Shown here: in pieces, positions 15,401-28,680 of the stretch | Layout of the letters: the number at the start of each line of letters is the position of its first letter | Position numbering within the stretch: position 1 is the stretch's first letter | DNA from: Octopus vulgaris | Lineage: Eukaryota | Length of the DNA stretch: 64,000 nucleotides | Assembly: GCA_951406725.2 (NCBI GenBank) | Contig: OX597815.1 | Location: 66,154,001 to 66,218,000, forward strand | Direction of reading: 5' to 3' | Made by a program: the position numbers and the translations under genes | The notes under the pieces: model-generated | Told to the model about the DNA's origin: nothing | Seen by the model: the letters and a program-made list of their open reading frames with translations, nothing else | Databases searched by the model: none

Positions 15401-15960
15401 TCTTTATCTATGTGGAAACTTTCCATATTTCCCCCGACAGATACAAAAGACTCAGAGGCAGTATTTGTGTTTTTATGTTTCATTTCTTTTGTATTGTTGT
15501 TATTACTGTTGTTGTTTTTGTTGATGTCACTGCTGCTGTTGTTGTTTTCATTGTCGACACTACAAGTTTTGATGTTGCTTAGAGGCGAAAATTTTTTTGC
15601 CTCGGTGACATCATTAAATTTAGGCCATTCAATATTCATATTCCCAATTCTTTCCTCATTCTCAATTTTTTTTGGCAAGGTGTGTGTTCCTTTGTTGAAC
15701 ATTATGATGGTTTCTTTATCAGCCATCTTTAAATAATTATAGAAAATTGCAAAATATTTGTTTTAACTGAAAGCAGTTAAAATTCAAAAATTTTTGTAAA
15801 ACAGGGGATGTTTCTACACAAAAATACTATCTGCACAATCCAGATAATCTCAGAAATGTAATGATAACAATAAAAATGAAAACACAGGGCCTTAGAAGGC
15901 CGAAAAGATTACAAACACTTTTTCAACTTATGGAGCAACAAATTTTCATGACTTTTACAG
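12414..15960 (-). mobile_element. Tx1/L1-like non-LTR retrotransposon, decayed
   Basis: ORF1 remnants (15726 to about 14731) include the zinc-knuckle-like CYICGCVNYLKAFCP. RT remnants include WPITLLN, SKAFDSADHRYL and GANINADKSVGLRLG, followed by a C-terminal zf-RVT-like CLNCLQSNETFLHTLVKC. An A-rich tail lies at about 12416-12423. Many stops and frameshifts. Confidence 0.85.
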
Positions 15961-15981
15961 TATAGCAGCAGCAGCAGCAGC

Positions 15982-16013
<32 letters not shown>

Positions 16014-16014
16014 T

Positions 16015-16215
16015 AATGGTTTCAAATTTTGGTACAAGGCCAGCAAGTTTAGATGAGCAAGTAAGTTGATTACATCAACCCCAGGACTTCGCTGGTTTTT
16101 ATTTTAGTGACCCCGAAAGGATGAAAGGCAAAGTTAACCTCAGCAGTATTTGTAAACAGAATGTAAAGAACCAAAAGAAATGCCACAAAGCATTTTGTCT
16201 GATTTGCAAAAATAA

Positions 16216-16255
<40 letters not shown>

Positions 16256-16479
16256 TTCAAATTTTGGGACAAGGCCAGCAGGTTGGGGGTGGGGCTAAGT
16301 CAATTACATTGACCCCAGTGTTCAACTGGTATTTATTTTATTGCTCCCAAAAGGATGAAAAGCAAAGTTGACCTCGCCGGAATTTGAACTCAGAGTGTAA
16401 AGTAAGACGAAATGCTGCTAAGCATGTTTTTTCTGGTATGGTAACATTTCTGCCAGCTCACCATATTATTATTATTATT

Positions 16480-16513
<34 letters not shown>

Positions 16514-16715
16514 GTTTCAAATTTTTCCACAAGCGCAGCCATTTTGGGGGAGGGGATAATTCGATTACATCAACCCCAGTGTTTCACTGATACTTAATTT
16601 ATCGACCCTGAAAAGATGAAAGGCAAAGTCAACTTCAGGGAATTTGAACTTAGAACGTAGCAACAGGCGAAATACTGCTAAGCACTTCACCCAGTGTACT
16701 AATGATTCTGCCAGC
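16015..16715 (-). mobile_element. Three tandem Nin-domain-like tRNA SINEs separated by (AAT)n
   Basis: Repeated unit ...GAGTTCAAATTCC...GGTCAACTTTGCTTTTCATCCTTT.GG...ATAAAATAAATACCAG on the minus strand. The same family occurs at about 10940-11350, 12050-12395, 33160-33385, 41120-41330 and 43855-44065. Confidence 0.8.
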
Positions 16716-18851
16716 CATTATGGATAGTACAAGACAAAACAAAAAGTATGTGTGTGTGTGTTGTGAGGGTTTTGTGTGTAAACAGGATTAATATAATGAC
16801 AACAAAAAAAGTGAGCATGTAGTGGAACTCAAGTCTAAGCAGTTCTTTTGAAGTTTGGGTGAAATTACCACCATATTATGTCATCATTATCATGTGTGTG
16901 TGTAAAAGACATTTGCTTATGATGTCATACAGCAGACTAAGCAGAGTTCACAGAATGTGTGCCATGCCAACACATATTCTGGTCTCCAGTCACTTTTACC
17001 ATAAACATGCTTTCAGTGTATTAGGGTTTTGTGCATAAAACTCTTGATAATACACAGTTAAGAAATAAATGAATCACAGAAAATGATTTTTTTAATATCC
17101 TAAACAGACACTCTGTTTCAAATGGTGTTGATGTCGGTATATGTTATGTCTACAAAAGCAAGAGAGCAGAGCATTAGTGTACTTATATCATCAACATTGA
17201 CACCATTGGCTTAACATCCACTTTTTGAAGCTGGCACAGGTCAGAAGAAATTCCATGAGGCAGATTTTCTGTGGTCAGATGCCCTCCCTATAGCCAACTT
17301 TCACCTGTTTACAAGCAAAGTAATTCTTCCCTTAGTCCTTTCAACACAAACAACACAATAGCTGGACATGTTTGAGTGGAACATTGCAAACAAACAACAC
17401 TGCTTGTATGGCAGTGATGTTCATTTACAATTAGTATGTTGTGTCGAGACAAGGAGCCACAAACCCACATACATGACTAGTTTCTTTCATTCCATCTTCC
17501 AAATTCATTCACAAAGTTTTAGTCAGCCTGAAGTCACAACGTAATACACTTGACTTAATGTGCCACATAATAGGACTGAACCCAAAATCCTGTGGCTGCA
17601 AAGTGAGCTTCTTAACTATACAGCCATGCCTACACCTATTTCAGAAATTATACATGTCAGTTTATTAATGGGTGAGTAGGTATTAGATAGTGAGACACAT
17701 TATGGCTGTGTCTGTTTGATATACATGCATGCTTTTGAAATGGAGGTGGGGATTGTGTAATAAATCAGATGATCAATGTGATTGTCTAACTAGGAAGAAA
17801 CTGTGTAGGTGAATTTGTAGTATTGTTTGTATCAGAATGCAATGGGAATGTTAAGTTTTGGTGGGGTGTGTACAGGGAGTTGCCTGTGTATATATTTATA
17901 TATGTTTGTGGATACATGTGTGTGTGGGGGGGGGCATGCAGTCATCGTAAATATTTGGTTGAATACAATCTGTATAGGCACGTGAAATATTATCCACTGG
18001 AATTGTCTGAATAGATGAAGGTGTGTGGAAAGAGATTCACTTTGTGTATGTATGCGTGTGTGTATCATCAGACAAAAAATCCGAACAAGAGACAAACATT
18101 TACAAATTTGTATATAGATATTTGTATAAATGGATAAACAGCATACAGAGTAAACATGTGTGTGAAATAGGAAGTGGGTGTGGGGGTTATAAGACTCAGA
18201 AATAATTTGTGTGTATTATGCATTTGTGTATATATGTAGGTGTATGAACATGAAATTCAAAAAGCAATCTGAGAAGTAAATAAAAATTTCACAAATAATA
18301 GTAACCAAACAACAAAAATTGTCATAAAATATTAATATTTGATAGAATCTAAAATCAGAATTGCCCTTTGGTTGCCCTGCCATAAGTAGCATTAGTTCAC
18401 AAAGCTTTTATTTCTTAGCATGTAAAATAATTAGAACATAATAATGATGATGATGATGAAGATGATGGTGGGTGTGTGTGTGTCTGCATAGGTATGGCTC
18501 ATAGAGACAGATGTGATTGTGTGATAAGAAGTTTGCTCCTCAACCACATGGTTTCAGGTTCAGTCCCATTGCATAGGGACCTTGGCAAGTGCATTGAACC
18601 AACCAAAACCTTGTGAGTGGATTTGGTAGATGGAAACTGAAGGAAGCCTATCATGTGTGTATGTGTGTGTCATGTGTGTCATGTGTGTGTGTGTGCCTTC
18701 ATCTCCGAGCTTCCAAGACATGTCTGACCATGGGGAAATATTACCTAACTTGGAAACAAGAAGAGCATCTGGCTGTAAAAAATCTGCCTCGGCAACTTTC
18801 AACCAACCTATGCAAGCATGAGAAAGTGCAAGCATTAAAATGACGATGTTG

Positions 18852-18895
<44 letters not shown>

Positions 18896-19170
18896 TATAT
18901 AATAATATATTTAATATATAAATATATGCATATATACATACATATATGTACATACCTACATATATATATGTATATATACATGCATCTATGGGTACAGGAC
19001 ATCAAAAAAATGTAGAACACAATGAGAAACAAAAACATAAAAACAAGAACATAGAAACGAACTATTTTTTGGAACAATGTAAAAAACAACCAGAGAAACG
19101 AGACATGCAACATAAAGAATATTCCCCTTCTTCAGTTGTCTCTGTTTCATTTACTCCATGTTTCGAAGGC

Positions 19171-19211
<41 letters not shown>

Positions 19212-19222
19212 CAACATCACAT

Positions 19223-19546
19223 ATGCATGTATGGGAACAGGATGTTGCCAACAGTAAACAACATGAAATATGAAAACAAATTAGTTCAATACGCAAACAA
19301 TGAGAAACAAATGGGTAACAGGACAAGTAACACAAAGAACGCCTCTTAATTCGTTGTTGGCTGTCTATCTACTCCCCATTTCGAGCGCTGAGGAGTAGAT
19401 AAACAGCCAACAACTGACGAAGGGTCGTTCTTTGTGTTACTTGTCCTGTTTTCTTTTTGTTTCTCATGTTGTTTGCATATTGAACTCATTTGTTTTCGTA
19501 TTTCATGTTATTTACTGTTGGTGATGTCTTGTACCCATATATGCAT
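19223..19546. repeat. Fold-back inverted repeat (arms about 150 bp)
   Basis: 19223-19375 pairs with 19392-19546 around a loop of about 16 nt. Related single-arm sequences occur at about 18980-19170 and 62820-62995. Confidence 0.88.
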
Positions 19547-19647
19547 TTGTGCATATATATGTTATTTATATTATTATTTGATTGAATGCCACACCAGGTA
19601 GTGCCCTTGTGTATATATGTACATATCTAATATTGTAAATTAAATAA

Positions 19648-20696
19648 TAAGAGTAGAAATTGATATAAATCAATTAAAATCAGTGGCTTAGCATATTTTT
19701 AAAAATCCAAAGATTAAAAATTGTGTTACATACAAAATTAAGAGGAATGACCACTAAAGTGGACACTTAATATGCTAAACATAGATGTCAAATTGCCATT
19801 GCCACAAAGAATGTGTTCTCAAGAAAAGTCTCAGCAAAACGCCAAAATGCAAAATGAGCAAGACAAATGAAAATATGTGAAATAAAAAACAATTACCTAC
19901 GTACCAATGGTTTCACTTGTTAATATTTACATATGCAAACATGCATATATCTGCAAGATCGTCAGCATAGTCTGTCACTTACAAAATACAATTTCCAAAA
20001 CTAGATACAGAACGCTCAACCGAAATTGAGCATGTATAAGGTTCTACAAATTATATTTGGGTGTATTTTTCAAATGTCTTCACTTTGGTGCACTGAGGCC
20101 GGAAATTACTCTGCATTTGATAAATTTCAGCAGCCAATTCACCGGTTAGAGAACATTTTTTTATTTAAAATTAAATAAGAAGGGTAGAAATTGATATTAA
20201 TCAATTAAAACCAGTGGCTTAGCATATTTAAAAAATCCAAAGATTAAAAGTTGTGTTACATACAAAATTAAAAGGAATGACCACTAAAGTGGACACCTAA
20301 TATGCTAAACATAGACGTCAAATCCAGCCTCCACATGCCAAAGTGAAGACATTTGAAAAATACACCCAAATATAATTTGTAGAACTTTATACATACTCGA
20401 TTTCGATTGAATGTTCTGTATCTAGTTCTGAAAATTGTGTTTTGTAAGTGACAGACTACACTGACAATCTTGCAGATATCTGCATGTTTGCATATGTAGA
20501 TATTAACAAGTGAAACCATTGGTACATAGGTAATTGTTTTTTATTTCGTATATTTTCATTTGTCTTGCTCAGTTTTACATTTTGGCGTTTTGCTGAGATT
20601 TTTCTTAAGAACACATTCTTCAAGGTAATGACAATTTGACATCTATGTTTATCATATTAGGTGTCCACTTTAGTGGTCATTCCTCATAATTTTGTA
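19648..20696. repeat. Composite direct plus inverted repeat (pseudo-LTR-like)
   Basis: 19731-20103 is inverted at 20323-20696, and 19648-19793 is directly repeated at about 20168-20323. Confidence 0.9.
19897..19970 (-). ncRNA. Hammerhead ribozyme-like motif
   Basis: Minus strand: ctatg CTGACGA tcttg...caagt GAAA cc att gg TA cgtag. A mutated mirror copy (CTGACAA) lies on the plus strand at 20456-20529. Confidence 0.55.
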
Positions 20697-21188
20697 TCTA
20701 ATGTTGTATGTATATATTTAATTAATTTGACACTCATGATAGTATTTTAAAATACCACCCCTATATTTATTTATAAATTATTTCACACATTTCGTTTGTT
20801 CCTATAGTGATTGGTCACTTCATACGAACTTTTGCAGGCATGGTGGAAGAAAATTTTAGTAGTAATTATCTGGCAGACTTTGCCTGATGAGAAATCAGGC
20901 GCTAAATTTTAAAACCGGTACCAGGTTGAGCAGCATTACTTGTTCTAACCTAGCAGAGGTAAGACATCATTGTTCACTGAATTTTTTTCCTATCATGTCT
21001 GTAATAGATTTGTGACAATTCAGTCGTACAGAAGTATTTTTGACTTCTATTTTTTAGCGATGTAGGTGCTCATACAATGCCCTTGTGTATACATGTACAT
21101 ATCTAATATTGTATATATATATTTTATTAATTTGCCTGTACGGTTGATAATTCACTTGCCACTCATAACGGTATTTTAACAATACCAT

Positions 21189-21224
<36 letters not shown>

Positions 21225-21225
21225 T

Positions 21226-21434
21226 TAGGGTTGGTCAAAAGTCACCCGACAGGAGTCCAAAATTCCATAAATACTATCTGTAATTCTGTACTGGCTCAAG
21301 AAGGACTTCAGTTTGAATAATTCTCATGAAATTTTATATTTAGATGCTTTTATTAAATTCATTCAGTTGTTAAACATAAATAAATCTTGGAATTAAATGG
21401 TTTTGATTTACTGTCAGGTGACTTTTGGCCAACC

Positions 21435-21437
<3 letters not shown>
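21226..21437. mobile_element. Tc1/mariner-type MITE
   Basis: About 27-bp TIRs (c)AGGGTTGGTCAAAAGTCACCCGACAG / CTGTCAGGTGACTTTTGGCCAACCCTG, embedded in (TA)n. Confidence 0.8.
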
Positions 21438-21473
<36 letters not shown>

Positions 21474-22289
21474 TACATAGATATATAAGCTCATCATCAT
21501 TTCCTAACCCAGTCTTAACACACTGCACATCTCTTTTAGAATTATTCAACTCATGTTAGCACAGAAAAGTGGACATTAAAAAGCTGAAGAAAACAGAATA
21601 CATTGCATCAAAAATGCAATCACCACAAGAATAAAAAGTCGTTTGTACTATAATGAAAAAAAGATGCTTATTAATTATTTAGAGTATGTAACCTTTACTA
21701 CAAGAAAGCAATTATTAAAATCTACACTGTCTAGAAAATTGTTATAAATTCCCATTTTAATATATTTTGATCAAAATATGGTTTATAAGATTTCTTTTAT
21801 TATTAAAGATTTTAACTTCATAATCTAATCATTATCTTAATGTAATCAAGATAATTTTTATTCACTATGACATAATTATCTTACAGCTCATTTAGCTCCA
21901 CTTCTGTAACTCCGTCTCCTCAACTTTCTGCAAAATGGATATTTTTTGATGAAATTTTCCACAAATACATTTCAGATGGTGTAGTAACAAAATTGGGGTA
22001 AATATTTCATGCATCTCAACTTTCTTTCCTCATATGTTCTGAGGATTTAGATTGCAATTATCTTTTATCTTTTACTTGTTTCAGTCATTAGACAGTGGTC
22101 ATGCTGGGGCATTGCCTTGAAGAATTGTTAGTTGAATGTATCAACCTTGGTACTTATTTTTTAAAAGCCTGCTACTTATTCTTTCACTTTCTTTTGCTGA
22201 ATCACTAAGTTACAGGGATATAAACACACAAGCACTGGTTGTCAAGCAGTGATGGAAAAACAAACACAGACACAAAGACATACACATAT

Positions 22290-22326
<37 letters not shown>

Positions 22327-22500
22327 CATATATACATATAAATATATATACATATATAAATATATATATATATACATATATATATATTCATATATATACA
22401 TATATGTACGTACGTATGTATGTATGTATGTATGTATGTATGTATGTATGTATGTATGTATGTATGTATGTATGTATGTATGTATGTATTGTATGTATGC
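22290..22500. repeat. (TA)n-(TATG)n microsatellite between two oppositely oriented SINE tails
   Basis: Directly visible. SINE 3' halves at about 22068-22285 (minus) and 22505-22718 (plus). Confidence 0.9.
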
Positions 22501-22734
22501 ATGTGTATATGTTTGTGTGTCTGTGTTTGTCCCCCAAACATTGCCTGGCAACCGATGCTGGTGTGCTTACATACCTATAACTTAGCAGTTCAGAAAAAGA
22601 GACCAACAGAATAAATATTAGGCTTACAAAGAATGAGTCCTGGGGTTGATTTGCTCAACTAAAGACAGTACTCCAGCATGGCTGCAGTCAAATGACTGAA
22701 ATAAGTGAAAGAATAAAATATATACATACATAAA

Positions 22735-23082
22735 TAAATAAGTGGAGTTAAACGCAAGTGCTCTTCAAATTTTTTTACTTCCAACATATGTTTCAAAGAA
22801 AACACTGATATAATTCCAGAAGGAATAAAATGGTGTAAAACAATGCAATCTTCTCATCAAGGAAAAAAAGAAACCAAACATATCAATAAGACATTTTAAC
22901 AGAATGTGATGATTCTGTTAAAATGTCTTATTGATGGGTTTGGTTTCTTTCTTTCCCTGATGAGAAGATTGCATTGTTTTACACCATTTTATTCCTTCTG
23001 GAATGATACCAATGTTTTCTTTGAAACATATGTCGGAAGTAAAAAGATTTAAATAACTCCTGTGTTTAACTCCATTTATTTA
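22735..23082. repeat. Long fold-back inverted repeat (arms about 170 bp, 6-nt loop)
   Basis: 22735-22905 is the near reverse complement of 22912-23082, with loop gtgatg. Confidence 0.92.
22951..23039 (+). ncRNA. Type I hammerhead ribozyme motif (Penelope-like)
   Basis: Stem I tttcc/ggaag, core CTGATGA (22957-22963), stem II gaaga/tcttt with a long loop, GAAA (23023-23026), palindromic stem III acatatgt, and a GTC cleavage triplet (C at 23034). Confidence 0.7.
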
Positions 23083-24513
23083 TCTATCTATATCATCCAA
23101 AAACATTTCACTTAAACCTGGAGTTTCTACCTTTATAAATAGGCTGTTACATCTTTGGTACTTGTGTGGATTTTTGCTTCCCTGGTAACTATTTATTCAT
23201 TTTTCTGTGTCATTTGTAAACACTGAAAAAAAACACACATACATTTATAATTAGATATATATATATTCTTTCTGTTTCTGTCTAACAAATCCACTAATAA
23301 GGATTTAGTCAGCCCAAGGCTATAGTAGAAGACACTTGCCCAAGGTGCCGCACAGAGGGACTGAATCCCGAACCATATGGTTGTGAAGCAAGCTTCTTAA
23401 CCACACAGCCACACCTGCATCTGTTGAAAAAAGAATAAACTTTTAAGGACTATTTCACCCTTTGCTAAAAATTCTCTGAAAGAAATCTTTGTAGAAAAAT
23501 GAGTACAATTGAATACATATTTCTTTCATTATTTTATCAGTTTTAATCTCTCACTTTTAAATAAACTCAAAAGTACCCCACCCTGCACATGGTCATTTAG
23601 TATGCTAGAAATAGCAGGAATTACATTGGTCTCAAAAGCAATTCTTTTTCAACAAAACTGTAATCTACATCACTAAAATGTATGAGGAAACAAAGTCAAA
23701 ATGCATGTAATATCCAACCTGTCTCAATTTTTTTACATTAAATTCTGATATAATTGTAATTTACACCTTCTGAAAAGAAATTGTAGAAAATTTCCATAAA
23801 AAATACCTATTTTTCTGAAACTTATGAGGAAAGAGAGTTGGTGGAGGGAGCGGGGTCACGCATCTGTAGGTAATTACTGAGCAAGTGAGTACTATTAAAC
23901 AAATTAAGATAGAAAGGAAAATTAGATGTGACATGTGAGAGAAATTACACAAAATGAGAATCAAAAGTGTAAATATTTAGAAACTAGTAGAAAACTTTCC
24001 AGAGAGCAGTATTTCTGCTAGTTTGAAGAATAACTAAAGTCCATTTCCAATATATTGTATAATGTGTAGAAATTGTACACATGATAATCCTAAAGACCTG
24101 TTACTTATTGGAATACAATTCTGGAAATTCCTAGAAAAGTTTTGATGAAACACAACACTACTGACTTTGTAATATTTATTGACAGAAAAGTCAAGTCACT
24201 GAAATGTCAGAATCATGGAATAAACAGCAGAACTTGTACTACTTAAAAAAATATTACAAAAACATACCCATGAGAGTGCTAAAGTCTCAGGTGCATGTAT
24301 CAAAAGATACAAGTTGGCAAATTGAAAATGTCACTCAGTGTATAATTTGGTTACTATAAATGAACAAACAAATGAAATAAATAAATAAATTTAAGTATAT
24401 GTATGTAAGTGTAAAGGTGTGTGTATATATACATATATGTGTGTGTATGTGTGTGTACGTATGTATATGCATGTATGTACATATGATAAATGCATACAAA
24501 TATATATACATAC

Positions 24514-24552
<39 letters not shown>

Positions 24553-26680
24553 GCCCTCAGCCTTTGGGCTGAAATGTTATGAAAAAATAAAAAAATACAC
24601 ACACACATATATATATATGAAACATCTTGCAAAAGTTATAGTGTAATTGATATATAAATTTTACATTGGAATAGAAGAGATTTATGCTAAATTACAAATT
24701 ATGGTAATTATAATTTTTACCTGCAAAAATCTCCAAAAATCCACTAAGACCCTACAGAATATTTTTATTCTTATTTTATGTGTGAAGAGGGGCAGTCCCT
24801 TTATCCCTTAAAGGCTCTCCTTAACAGCTAATGTCGATGCTGTTGGTGCTCATTTTGAACTCCCATCTAAAAGTTAACCTGACAAAGAAAAGGTGTAATG
24901 AGACGGAGTTTAAGAGAGTTTATAGTTCTAAAGCCTAGCAAGGGGTTAGAGTTAGAATCAGTAAAACTTGGCAAGGGGTGGTGCATATCTTTCTTGTTCA
25001 TAAGAACAAGAAATATAATAATATTTGTAAGAAAATTTCATGACCCAAACGTCAGTTATTTTAATAACTTCTTATTTTCAAAATTAATTCAAATAAAGGC
25101 AACATATTTAAAAAAAAGGGTTAAGGTTGTTTGCAAAGTCAAACAGGTGCACTCATTGAATTAATATCAGAGAAAAAATTTCAACCCTGGGTATATGGTA
25201 TTTAAGTGAAAGCATGTGGCCTAGTGGTTAAGATGTTGCAGACATGAAAACAAGATTATAGTTTCAATTTCCTGACTGGGCAGTGAGCTGTGTTCTTAAG
25301 CAAAACACTTAATTTTACATTGCTCCAGTCCACTAAGCAGTAAATGAGTAATTCTGCATGGGCTAGTATCCCATTCAGGGGGTGCATTGTGATCTTTGTC
25401 ATGGAAACCAAGTAACTAGCCCTATGATTTCTAGGACTCAAGACAGTACTCTCCAAGGGATGATGATAATAATGATGATGATGATATTTGACTTATGACC
25501 TGTGGAAAACAGAGTAACAGACAGACAGCTTTATTTGTAAAATATAAGAAAGGAAAAGGAAAAAAACATTGGAAAGTAGAAATAGACTTACGTGATAGGT
25601 AAATTAGGGAGCTTAACCTTAGCAACAAGAGGATTGAAGACAGGAATGGATACATCATAAGTCTCTCGGTAAGTCCATGTAGAAAATCCACCTCCTGCAA
25701 TGATAGCCTTGTCTGTCTTGACACTAAGAATAGTACTATATTCCATCATGCCTCCAGGGAGCATGTTGAATAAGAGATGATTGGTCCCATTGTTCCAACT
25801 GAAAAAAATAAAATGATAGAATCTTTAATACATAGTTTTTCAGATTATCGTTATTACTATAGTGTTAGCAATACATTATCATCATTGTAGTCATCATTCT
25901 CATTTAACATCCACGTTCCATACTAGCACAGGTTGGATAGTTTGTTGGAATCCAAGTTTTTGGACTGCATTATGTTCTACGGTCTGGTTGGGTATGGTTT
26001 CTATGGTTCAATGCCCTTCTTAATGCCAAGCACTTGGCAGCATGTACTAGGTGCTTTCTCCATGGAACTAGTGAGATTACTAAGCAGCTTGCAAGACCAA
26101 GATTCCCTTTGATATTTAACTCTTTTGTTCTTTTTCTCTTGTTTCTCTTTTTAGTATTTTCGTCAAGAGGAAAGGCAGCGCCCATGGCCTGTTAGAGAGC
26201 CTTTGAGATTGATGTGAGGAAGGGTGAGAAGAAAGTATTCTCAAATGCTTGTCATAGTGTGGACCTTGCAAAAGGTACCCAAGATGCCAAACACAACTGG
26301 ACAACTGATTAATTCTATCAACCAAGTAGGCCATGGCAGGATTTGAACTCAAGATATAGAAAGCTGAGATAAATGTCACAAGGCATCCAGTCCAACATTT
26401 TTATCATTCTGCCAATCCACTGACTTTCACCCTTTAGAATTTAAACCAACCATGTCCAGCCCAAATGTTCTACCTGCTTTATATTCAAACCAGCCATTTG
26501 CAACCTCTCACACCTACTCTGCAATGTTACTTTCAGAAAAAACAATCACACTATTGAAGTTGTGAGAGCTATGAGATAATGCATGATTAATTCAAAAGAA
26601 TGTTGATCATTACATTTGACAGAGCAGTCTGAATGCTAAAGGGTTAAATCCTAATCACTTCATTTCAATTAATTAACATG

Positions 26681-26925
26681 AGGCGCGTAGCTTAGTGGTT
26701 AGAGTGTCAGCATCATGATCATAAGATTGTGGTTTCGATTCCTGGACCAGGCGACGCGTTGTGTTCTCGAGCAAAACACTTCATTTCACATTGCTCCAGC
26801 CCACTCAGCTGGCAAAAGTGAGGAACGCTGCGATGGACTGGTGTCCCGTCCAGCTGGGGAACACATACGCCATTGAAACGGGAAACTGGGCCCATGAGTG
26901 TGGTTAGGCTTTAAAAGGGCGCATT
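26681..26925 (+). mobile_element. tRNA-derived SINE with Meta-like central domain
   Basis: A box (TAGCTTAGTGG) and B box (GTTTCGATTCC), followed by GTGTTCTCGAGCAAAACACTTCATTTCAC and CTGCGATGGACTGGTGTCCCGTCCAG. CpGs are retained. An older copy lies at about 25210-25440. Confidence 0.75.
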
Positions 26926-27811
26926 TAATTTTTATTTTTAATGTTCACTATACCTTGTTATCAAATAGAATGAAGTAGCAGACATTTACTGTTGATTAGT
27001 GGTTATCAGTTTTTTTGTGCTTAGTACTGCTTAGTGGACTGTCAGAATGATAAGAATATTGGACTGGATGCTTATCTGACCTCAGCAGAATTTGAACTCA
27101 GAGTGCATCCATTCAACATTCATAGCACACTGACTAACTGACCAGTAGTTCAGATAATACCAGTGCCTCTTTCATTACATTTTTTCCAAGAATTGAAACA
27201 CACAGGAAGTTGAAACCAAGTTTTTACTCTCTTTTTATTTAACAATATAATTAAGTAGACCTAAAAATTATATTTAATTTTTATTTTATTCCATCATAAC
27301 CAACAGGAGCTGCCTCATGGTTGCCTGACATGCAATAAATAGCAGCCAAATTCCATTTTTACAAATTGCACCCTATTGTCTTAGAAAAAGGACATTTTAG
27401 AATATGGTTCTGGTACACACAAGAAAAAGATATGATGAAACTGTCAAAGTAGACAGTGGAGTATGATGCAATCCTTATATAATGAAATCATATTGACCAT
27501 TAGCAGATCATAAGTCATATTTTCTGCTCACTAATAGCAAAATATTCTATTCTTATCTCAACTAAGATGTTTTTTTTTTAAAAATGTGTTGCAAATATAT
27601 AAGTTTTTTCATGGTTTAAATATTTTACTTCTACAAAAAAAATTATGACTCCCACTAAATATGCTAAGTCTCCTATAAAGTCTCTTTATGTGCTCCAAAC
27701 ACCACCAAGAGAGCACTTTTGCCCAGGTTAAAAACCACCACTATAGGATGTACTTTGAGTTAGGAACAGGGCCATAATCTTCACCTATTTAACACACACA
27801 CAAACATACAT

Positions 27812-27846
<35 letters not shown>

Positions 27847-28640
27847 CATATATATATATATCAGAGGCAACTCCAGGTCATCACCATCAGTCGAGCTCAT
27901 CATATATTTCGCATAAGGCATATGCCTGCTTGAAGAATTTTCCACTTTATTTCTAGCCCCAAATGGATTATTTTTGTATATCTAGCACTATGTCTTTCTC
28001 CATTTCTAAGTTAAGCATGAAAATAAACCAACCTTGCAAAACACAACTGATCTTTGCACACAGACACACAGAATAGCAGCAATCAAATAACAGTGGAGTG
28101 CACAACAAACGGGAGTGTTCTCACTGTCAGCTGTACTCTTGACAAGAGATGCCAGTTAGTTTTTTACACCTACTAGGCACATTTGTTTTAGCCCGAGTTG
28201 CTGGATAAATTTTCGTTCCTTTGAGAATATTGTAGAATGGAAACTTTTCATAGATTGGAATTTAAATACTAATCCCCTCAGAAATTTATTGTTTCATGAA
28301 AACATTGAATTTGAATTACTTTTAATTTTTACGATTATAGATAACAACTCAGACTGTAACTTCTGAGCTTTAGTCAGGTGCATGTGAATGATGTCAAGAA
28401 ACTGTCTACTACTCTCTCTTTTACTTGTTTCAGTCATTTGACTGCGGCCATGCTGGAGCACCGGCTTTGTAGTCAAGCAAATCGACCCCAGAGCTTATTC
28501 TTTGTAAGCCTAGTACTTATTCTATCGGTCTCTTTTGCCGAACTGCCAAGTTACAGGGATGTAAACACACCAGCATCAGTTGTCAAGCGATGCTGGAGGG
28601 GACAAACAGACACACAAACATATACACACACATACATACC

Positions 28641-28680
<40 letters not shown>

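Noticed and set aside
16015-16715. Regularly spaced repeats resembling a CRISPR-like array
   Set aside because: Units are about 200-bp SINEs joined by (AAT)n in a eukaryotic intron, with no unique spacers or cas genes.
26681-26750. tRNA-like sequence
   Set aside because: Has A and B boxes but continues into a SINE body with no proper acceptor stem, so it is treated as a SINE head.
27862-28270. Possible DNA-transposon 5' end with a broken ORF on the minus strand
   Set aside because: No TIR pair or diagnostic motif identified, so it is left unclassified.
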